Shown here: positions 1 to 10,648 of the stretch, piece after piece
How the letters are laid out: every line of letters begins with the position of its first letter
Position numbering within the stretch: position 1 is the stretch's first letter
The notes under the pieces: generated by a model
Told to the model about the DNA's origin: nothing
Seen by the model: only the letters and a program-made list of their open reading frames with translations
Database searches by the model: none
Made by a program: the position numbers and the translations under genes
Assembly (NCBI GenBank): GCA_002269645.1
Contig: NIVC01000594.1
Span: 372,001-436,000 of the forward strand
Direction: 5' to 3'
DNA length: 64,000 nt
Source of the DNA: Macrostomum lignano
Taxonomy: Eukaryota

Positions 1-1274
1 AAACGCTTCGTTGACCATCTTGCCAACAATGTCGGGCAGGGCGTTGAGCATCCCGTCGCCGACCTCCGAGATGACAAGGCCTCGATTGAACACGATGTTG
101 AAAGGAAAAACTTCGAAGAAGACCTCCGAACGAACCGGGAAGTCGTCTTGAAGCTTCTACAATCGCATGAAAGTAAAAATTATGATTTGAATTTTTTTGA
201 GATGACAAGAGAGAAGAGAAGAGGGGAGAGAGAAGAGAACAGGGGAGAGAGGAGACAGGGGAGAGTAGAGACGATAGATGAGGGAGAAGAGATAGGTAAG
301 GGAGTAGAGATGAGAGGAGAGAGAGAGGAGAGTGAAGAGAGATGAAAGATCAGAGATAAGAGATTTAAGAGGAGAAAGTAGTGAGGGGAAAGAAGAGTGT
401 AAGAGAGGAGTGCAGAGAGCAGAGATGAGAGATGAGAGATGATAGATTAGACAGTAGAGATGATAGAGAGAGCAAAGAGGAGAGAAAAGACAGGAGAATC
501 TGAGTCTGGACAATGGCAGTCATTTTTGCAAACAGGGAAAACAAGATATGGTATTTGAAAGGCTTTGTAGAGGATTTGGAAACGATTTGGAAAATGGGAT
601 TCAAGTCATGGAATTTCAGCTGATAGATTTCAGAATTCTAACGATGGGAGTTCTTCCCCTTTCTCCTTCGAAGGATGAATTCTACTCGTTTATACTAAAA
701 CTGAGATTACCTTGAATCCAAGGTTGCTGAAGTGCAGTCGCATGATGCAGTTGGTCATCTCAGACGTCTCCTCTAAACTAATGATGGTGATGGTAATCTT
801 GGTCTGATAAAAGATCTTGCCTATTTCCGTGATCATGCCCTGGACGTAGGGAGTGTACCCCTGCCGTCTGGTCCGGTACTGCAGGGTGATGCCAGTCGAA
901 CTTTCGTTCATGCAGAAGAACGACGGCGGCTTGAGCTTTTTGTAGCTCATCCTCAGGTACTCGTGCAGGTTGTCCAACCCGTTGAGAAAGTCGCGCAGGT
1001 TGCGCCCGAGGACCCGCATGATGCCATCGTAGCCGAACTGGGACAAGTAGGAGACGAAGTAGGCTCCATTAGCGTAGATTAGTGTTTCAGCATCGATGTT
1101 GAGATTTTTCGAGGCGGTGTCAACCATCCGAGGAATGATTGTTTCGCTGTAAACCTCGTGAGTAGAGAAGCTCTTGACCTCGAGGTTGGCCTTGCGCACC
1201 AGGAAGTGCCACATATCTTCGCCATAGTTCTCTTTGACAAAGTTGCGCAGGCCTTCAAGCAGCAGGCCGTACAT
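1..1274 (-). CDS. Atypical soluble guanylate cyclase (insect Gyc88E / nematode soluble GCY type), 5' part: H-NOX exon 1274-711, H-NOBA exon 156-<1; runs off the window
   Basis: MYGLLLE start, GYD..RVLGR..RDFLNGLDNLHEYL with proximal His104, PSFFC, Y-x-T-x-R heme motif. GT donor at 710-709 and AG acceptor at 158-157, both phase 0. The next exon reads KLQDDFPVRSEVFFEVFPFNIVFNRGLVISEVG (H-NOBA-like). Confidence 0.93.
200..500. repeat. AG-rich low-complexity intronic repeat
   Basis: GAGA/AGAG-rich tract inside the cyclase intron. Confidence 0.8.
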
Positions 1275-1358
1275 TTTCTAAATTGCACTGATGAATAACG
1301 CGAAGCAAGGATCAACTTACAAACTGGATTTTCAAGTGTCCAGCATTTATAAGCCTCT

Positions 1359-1372
1359 GTAACCATGGAAAC
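1359..1372. promoter_or_regulatory. RFX X-box
   Basis: GTAACCATGGAAAC fits the 14-bp imperfect palindrome GTNRCCATGGYAAC-type consensus and lies 85-98 bp upstream of the cyclase ATG. Confidence 0.6.
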
Positions 1373-2414
1373 CGTGCTCATTAGTCCTAAGCTAGCTAAG
1401 GAAACTAGGAACTCGTCAAAGATCTCCCTAATTGTTTATTTCTTTCAACTTTCCTTGAGGTTAGAGATTCGCGGTTGTTAGCAAAGGGACCGAGCGAGTG
1501 TACGAGGTGACAGTTTGGAAAACTGCCTACCAGTTTAGCAACTAATGATCGAGAAATCCGTTGGACTGATAGTGGGGATCATTAGTTTTTCTTCTTTTGT
1601 ACCCCGATTACTCATGCATGCCCGCCTCCGCAATTAGCGATCCGGAATTTCGAACTTGCGGGTTGTTTCTTTCTCGAATACTCACGTGACTCGGTAAGGC
1701 CGGTGCATGTCATGTGATGATCAAACTTTATTGTTTGAGATGCATCTCTCTATCTGTTTTGGAGCTGAAAGTACATATCTTCATAAACAAAATACTTGCC
1801 TAAATTTTGCAGAATGAATTTGAGATTTGAGATATGAGATTGATCCGCTGATGTATGGCGGTGCATGACTATTGAACTGACTGTAAATTCTAGTTCGAAA
1901 TTCACCAAAAAACTTGAACATGAAGATTACGGAATTAAACGTTAGCTATCTACGTAGTACACGTACGTAGTTGTCTTCTGCTAAAACTGTCCTCAAAAAA
2001 CGAAAGCCTTTTGTCTGAGCGATCCTGTGCGAGCAACTTCAGCTTTTTGGCTTTCTACCATAGACAGTTTTGAATAGGCTGGCAGGATTTCAACACCTGG
2101 TTGATCCACATTCACATCATGTTTTTTCACCCTGTCATTGTTTCCTGTTGGAACTGTAACATAACCCGGTGCATATGGTTGCAGTTAGTATGAAATAATC
2201 AGGTAGGCTAACACAAAACTTAAAGAGTGCTTCATCTACTACACCAAGGTACGCGGTCCAGAGTCTGTTGGATCAATTGCGCATATATTTTGACCGGCAA
2301 GAAAAACTTTTTTTAGTCAAAATCCGACTTCGAATTTTGTAAGTTTTGTACGAAGAGAGCGTGACTGTAAAAAAAACGAAAAAATGCCAGTTTTGAGATA
2401 ACGATAAGCCAGTG

Positions 2415-5400
2415 TCATGGCAGCCGAGATGGCACATCCCGGCTCTCCTTCTCGTTCTGACTGAGCGTCTTCGTCTCGTCCAGAATGAGCTTCGGCCGCC
2501 CGACAGCGTACCGGAACGTCTGGCCGAAGACGCACGAGTAGCGGAAGTCGATCTCCTGCCGAGTGAACCGTTTGATGTGCAGAGCCTCGTCCTGCGCCTT
2601 CTTGACCGTGTCAGACTTGCTGCTGTCCACCGTCTCCTCCTCGGCCTGGGTCACCTCCACCATGCGCTCCGGCTGCCTGGCGAACATGATGATGGACCCG
2701 GCGTTGCCCATCGCCGAGGTGCAGGACATGCCCTCGCCGCCCTCGCCAGTCATGATTCGCATGGACATCAGGCGCTTCCGCTGCACCAGGAATTCGCCAA
2801 TTTCGTCCAGCGTGGCCGGTCGATCCTCGTTAACGGCGTCGCGCCGGCGCCAAAATCCCGGCGAGAACATGTCGGAGATCTGCGGAATTGAGTACACCTT
2901 GGTGAGCACCAGCGGCGCCTTCTTCATCACGCGCATCACGCTGGTGGACTGCAGGCCGGGCACGCAGTTGGCTAAGCAGGTCAGGCCGAAGAACGTGTCG
3001 TAGAAGCTGTAGCTGAGCAGCGGCTCGATGAACTCGCTGCTGGACAGAACGTCAATTAGAATTCGACAGATCCGATCGATAATGATGCTGGGAAAGTTTT
3101 TCAAAATGCAGTTCTGCATCACGCCAAACAGCAGCGAGACGCAGTTGAGAATGTCGAACCGGTGAAACCAGCAGCTCATGTGCGGCTTCGCGGCGATGTC
3201 CGACCACATCTGCTCTCGCAGCACAACTTTTTTAGCCTTCTCCGAGTCCTGATCGGCCTCGAGATCTTCTGGCACCTGCATGTTGACAATGTCGTAGATT
3301 TGAAACAGCAGAGGATCTTTGTGCCACGAGGCTTCGATGCAGCGCGGATTGCAGCTGAAATAGCGGTTCTTCAGAAATGTCTCAGTCACGGACAGAATCT
3401 GGCTCAGGGTTGTCAGGTGCTCGTAGTCGTAATAGTACGTGTACATGAGGAACCGGCGAGCAGCCGACACTGCGTGAGGAATCACAGGTCTAGCGGGCTT
3501 GTTCTCGAACACCTTCACGTAGTCGCTGGGCAGCGAGGGCTCCTTGTCGTGTAGAAGCTTCCGACCGGCGTACATGCCATGGTTGTTGGCGTCGTGGTAA
3601 TTCTCCGGCGTTAGTTTCTTCAATTCAAAGTACTCCAGCATCACCTGGCCCATCTCTTTGAGTTCAAATAGTTTGAATTGTGGCGAATGAGCGTCTACCA
3701 TTTCTTGGGTGATTCGAGAGAGTTGCAGATTTGGTTTGCGTTTGATCACGTTGCGGCAGATGTCCACCCAGTCGAGGAATGGCGTGATGTACTGGTAGTA
3801 GCGCCGTCTGCCAGGTGTGAAAGCAAATGAAAAGGCGAGTGGAAAAATTCAGTGTCTCTTCAGGATGAGAAATCTGAGTATTCAGGATGAGAAATCTGAG
3901 TATTCAGGATGAGAAATCTGAGTATTCAGGATGAGAAATCAGAGTATTCAGGATGAGAAATCTGAGTATTCAGGATGAGAAATCAGAATATTCAGGATGA
4001 TAAATCAGAGTATTCAGGATGAGAAATCTGAGTATTCAGGATGAGAAATCTGAGTATTCAGGATGAGAAACCTGAGTATTCAGGATGAGAAACCTGAGTA
4101 TTCAGGATGAGAAACCTGAGTATTCAGGATGAGAAATCTGAGTATTCAATATGGGAAATCTGAGTATTCAGGATGAGAAACCTGAGTATTCAGGATGAGA
4201 AACCTGAGTATTCAGGATGAGAAATCTGAGTATTCAATATGGGAAATCAGAGTATTCAGGATGAGAAATCTGAGTATTCAGGATGAGAAATCTGAGTATT
4301 CAGGATGAGAAATCTAAGTATTCAGGATGAGAAATCTGAGTATTCAGGATGAGAAATCTGAGTATTCAGGATGAAAAACCTGAATATTCAGGATGAGAAA
4401 TCTGAGTATTCAATATGGGAAATCAGAGTATTCAGGATGAGAAACCTGAGTATTCAGGGTGAGAAATTTGAGTATTCAATATGAGAAATCTGAGTATTCA
4501 ATATGAGAAATCTGAGCATTCAGGGTGAGAAATTTGAGTATTCAATATGAGAAATCTGAGTATTCAGGATGAGAAACCTGAATATTCAGGATGAGAAATC
4601 TGAGTATTCAGGATGAGAAATCTGAGTATTCAGGATGAGAAATCAGAATATTCAGGATGATAAATCAGAGTATTCAGGATGAGAAATCTGAGTATTCAGG
4701 ATGAGAAATCTGAGTATTCAGGATGAGAAACCTGAGTATTCAGGATGAGAAACCTGAGTATTCAGGATGAGAAACCTGAGTATTCAGGATGAGAAATCTG
4801 AGTATTCAATATGGGAAATCTGAGTATTCAGGATGAGAAATCTGAGTATTCAGGATGAGAAATCTGAGTATTCAGGATGAGAAATCTAAGTATTCAGGAT
4901 GAGAAATCTGAGTATTCAGGATGATAAATCAGAATATTCAGGATGATAAATCAGAGTATTCAGGATGAGAAATCTGAGTATTAAGGATGAGAAATCAGAA
5001 TATTCAGGATGATAAATCAGAGTATTCAGGATGAGAAATCTGAGTATTCAGGATGAGAAACCTGAATATTCAGGATGAGAAATCTGAGTATTCAATATGG
5101 GAAATCTGAGTATTCAGGATGAGAAACCTGAGTATTCAGGGTGAGAAATTTGAGTATTCAATATGAGAAATCTGAGTATTCAATATGAGAAATCTGAGCA
5201 TTCAGGGTGAGAAATTTGAGTATTCAATATGAGAAATCTGATTATTCAGGATGAGAAACCTGAATATTCAGGATGAGAAATCTGAGTATTAAGGATGAGA
5301 AATCTGAGTATTCAGGATGAGAAATCTGAGTATTCAGGATGAGAAATCTGAGCATTCAGGATGAGAAATCTGAGTATTCAGGATGAGAAACCTGAATATT

Positions 5401-7237
5401 CAGGATGAGAAATCTGAGTATTCAGGATGAGAAATCTGAGTATTCAGGATGAGAAATCTGAGTATTCAGGATGAGAAATCTGAGTATTCAGGATGAGAAA
5501 TCTGAGTATTCAGGATGAGAAATCTGAGTATTCAGGATGAGAAATCTAAGTATTCAGGATGAGAAATCTGAGTATTCAGGATGAGAAATCAGAATATTCA
5601 GGATGATAAATCAGAGTATTCAGGATGAGAAATCTGAGTATTAAGGATGAGAAATCAGAATATTCAGGATGATAAATCAGAGTATTCAGGATGAGAAATC
5701 TGAGTATTCAGGATGAGAAACCTGAGTATTCAGGATGAGAAACCTGAGTATTCAGGATGAGAAACCTGAGTATTCAGGATGAGAAACCTGAGTATTCAGG
5801 ATGAGAAATCTGAGTATTCAGGATGAGAAATCTGAGTATTCAATATGGGAAATCTGAGTATTCAGGATGAGAAACTTTCTCTTAAGAACAAGAGCTACAG
5901 TCTTTAGAAAGACAACTCAAGTCTTCCAGTGTAAGATGTGGTCTGCAGGGAAGATAACGACGAGACAGGACCGAAATTTCCCCCGTCTCACCGGTACACC
6001 AGCTTGGAAGAGTCGCCGGGGCACCACTTGATGGCCAGCAGGTGACGAATCGCTCCGTACGCCTCCCGCTTCAAAATGATGTAATCAAAGTGGAACACGA
6101 GAACGTCTCCGCTTGAAGTGTCGTTGACGAAAGCGGCATAGTTGTTCTGGTTGTAGTAGATCATGGGCTTGCGATACTTCTGCTGTTTGGCGATAATCTT
6201 CAGCGCGTTGTAATAGCGCAGGTAGATGGCGATGCCAAACGGGTTGAGAAACAGCAGAACCTTGGCTGAGGATTAGGGGATAAAAGGACTGAATAATCCC
6301 AATTGTTTAGTGATGCTTCTTGTCCTCTATCAATCGTCTACGGTCTAGCGCAGGCTCTGGTGTGCCAGCGACCCAGGCTCGATTCCAAGTGCAGTCGCAT
6401 TAATTTGGGGCGCTGAATTGGAATCTCAGCTTGGCTCTGCTCGTGCAATTAACGGCCTTGAGAGCCAGCCCCCCAAGGCGCAGTGAAGTGTACATGCCTA
6501 ACGATAAAAATAAAGTTAGGGCCGCTGTACACTCCTGTGTGAGTGTGTGCCTGCGTACGTATCCGCGCGATTGTGTGCCTGCTCAGGGGAGTCGGCGGAG
6601 TCGCCGGTTGTGTGTTGATGTCGCTTAAAGTGCGCCAGGGTGCACCCAACCCCCCTGCCTCTAATAAAAAAATCGTCTACTCATTCGTCTAATTATTTTT
6701 GTGTGCGGTTTTCTAATCGTCAGGGATGTACACTCTGTGCCTTGGGGGTTGGTCCTCATGGCTGTGACGTGTTTGCCACTCAGTTGCTCCACTGCTCCAT
6801 CTACCAAATTCCATGTGTACTCATTTATCCACTTCTTGACACAAAGAGTTGAACAGCTCACAGTTAAACATAGGCCGCTCCAGCAGGTTGCCTTTGAGAT
6901 ACTTGGACGGCTGGTCCAGCAGCTGGTAGTACTGGTCGGTCTCAAACATGATTCTCGTGCGTCCCTGTTTCAGCATCCGCATCAGCCGGAAATCTGACGT
7001 GTCGCCCATCACGTTCAGAAGCCACTTGGTGTTGCAGTGGTTCGCACCGAAGAAGCCTTCGGGCACGCCGATGGCGTACTTGTTGTCCCAGCCTTGGTGC
7101 ATAATTTTCGGCATGTTCAGAAAGTTCCTGGGACACTCGTCTCTGTTAGTGTTCACTGTAGTCTCCTGACCAACAATCTCTTTGCTGCACTTCCACTGGG
7201 TGTCCATGATGGCACCCATTTCCGAGTTTCTGGACAT
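2415..7237 (-). CDS. Uncharacterised ~680-aa protein; exons 7237-6862, 6265-5992, 3807-2415
   Basis: GT/AG sites with compatible phases (1, then 2) give 2043 nt in one frame, with strongly GC3-biased codons. No family recognised, and the start ATG is a best guess. Confidence 0.75.
3860..5880. repeat. 22-bp minisatellite (CTGAGTATTCAGGATGAGAAAT)n, about 90 copies, filling an intron
   Basis: Direct reading; recurring variant monomers. Confidence 0.97.
6342..6670 (+). mobile_element. tRNA-derived SINE, 5'-truncated, with A-tail and 10-bp TSD
   Basis: B-box-like GGCTCGATTCC, tail CTAATAAAAA, and TSD AATCGTCTAC at 6332-6341 and 6671-6680. The body is shared with copies near 18 kb and 47 kb. Confidence 0.85.
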
Positions 7238-7566
7238 GTTGATCGATTTGATGCAGGGTGGATTCTGGACTAATGCAGAGTTGCTAGCAGAGTTTGACGC
7301 TTCTCTTGAACTCAAATTCTGATTTCACTTCTCGAGATGGTAATGTTTTTTTGTCAACCAGCGGCTGAGACTGTACAAGCTACTAGCATATTTGAGACTT
7401 GAACTTTCAGAGCTGCCGCTTTACAAATAGGGATTTTGGGCCATAGAAATATTGCTCGTAGAATGTGGCCACGACTGCCATGCTTAGAGCGTTCTTAGTG
7501 CTCAAAATAATAGGAAGATTGAGTTTGACGACTGCATTTCCATGGAGGTTCCATTTTCTAACTACA

Positions 7567-9460
<1,894 letters not shown>

Positions 9461-10648
9461 ATGGCGACGAGCTCCGCGCTGGGTGGAATTCCAATACTAA
9501 CTGCCAATACTAACATTGAGGTCTGGCTGGAACGGCTCGACCATTACTTTACCTGCAAGGAGGTAAAGGAAGAAGCTAAAGTGGCCACACTCGTCACTGC
9601 CATCGGTGAGGAGGCATATACCGTATTGAGAAACCTGTGTCTACCTGCCAAGGTCTCCAACAAGTCTCTGGCCCAGCTGACCAAGATTCTGGAGGACCAC
9701 TACGCTCCAAAGCCGTCCGAGTTGGCAGCCAGATTTCGGTTCCAAAGACGCCTGCAGCAGCCTGGCGAGAGCCTTGCCGAGTTCGTTGCCAGCCTGAAGG
9801 CCTTGTCAAGTCACTGCAATTTCAGTGCTTCCCCGTGTGAGCACTGTCACTTCGGCGGCACTCTAGATGAGCGACTGCGAGACCAGCTGGTTTTCGGCCT
9901 GCACAGCGATGCCTACCGAGCGAAGCTGCTGGAGGAGAAAAATCCCACCTTCAACTCGCTGCAGGAGAGAGTTCTATCCCTCGAGGCAGTGGAGCGGTCA
10001 TCATCGGAGATGGCGCAGAAGTCAGCAGCACAAGTAGCCCAGCTGCGCGCTCACCAGCTGAATAAGCGCCAAGGACCCAAGCCAGCGCTCGAAGGTTCGC
10101 AGCAGCGCAAGGGCGGTGGCAACAACAGCAGAAGCGGAGTCGGCAGCAGCGGCAACACCGGCAGTGGCACCTGTGCAAGCTGCGGCGGTGCTCACAGTCG
10201 CCAGCAGTGTAAGCTGCGAGACGCTAAATGCCACGCGTGCGGAAAGACGGGCCATATTCGCAAGGTCTGTCGCTCAGCCAAGCTGCATTTTCTACAAGAA
10301 GCGACACCGACACCACCACCGGAAGCCTCCGCGCAGCTGCCGATTTTTGCCGTCCAGCCGGCTGGTGGCAACGCAGGTCCGACGGTGCAGCTGCAAGTCA
10401 ATGGCCAGCCATGCCGGTTCGTCATCGATACGGGCTCCGCCGTCACTCTGATGCCCGAGTTTCTGCAGCTCATGCTTCTACCGCGGCTCTCCATGTCACC
10501 GTCCGTTGCTGTCCTACGCACCTTCACCGACGAGCAGTTCCGCCCTCTCGGCCAAGCGTTGGTCTCCGTTCAGCAAGATGGTCAGCAGCTGCAGTTGCCC
10601 CTGCTGATCGTCAAGCACGGCGACACGGCCCTGCTCGGTCGCGACTAG
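9461..10648 (+). CDS. gag: Gag plus aspartic protease
   Basis: CX2CX3HX4C (CASCGGAHSRQQC) and CX2CX4HX4C (CHACGKTGHIRKVC) knuckles, protease IDTGS, and LLGRD followed by TAG. Confidence 0.92.
   Translation: MATSSALGGIPILTANTNIEVWLERLDHYFTCKEVKEEAKVATLVTAIGEEAYTVLRNLCLPAKVSNKSLAQLTKILEDHYAPKPSELAARFRFQRRLQQPGESLAEFVASLKALSSHCNFSASPCEHCHFGGTLDERLRDQLVFGLHSDAYRAKLLEEKNPTFNSLQERVLSLEAVERSSSEMAQKSAAQVAQLRAHQLNKRQGPKPALEGSQQRKGGGNNSRSGVGSSGNTGSGTCASCGGAHSRQQCKLRDAKCHACGKTGHIRKVCRSAKLHFLQEATPTPPPEASAQLPIFAVQPAGGNAGPTVQLQVNGQPCRFVIDTGSAVTLMPEFLQLMLLPRLSMSPSVAVLRTFTDEQFRPLGQALVSVQQDGQQLQLPLLIVKHGDTALLGRD
9462..9471 (+). other. Primer-binding site, probably tRNA-Ser(GCU)
   Basis: TGGCGACGAG, 1 nt after the LTR, is complementary to a ...CUCGUCGCCA tRNA 3' end as recalled for metazoan tRNA-Ser(GCU). 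Confidence 0.7.

Noticed and set aside
6480-6530. Hammerhead or twister ribozyme in the SINE core
   Set aside because: A hairpin is present, but there is no CUGANGA/GAAA core (CTAACGA only) and no twister consensus
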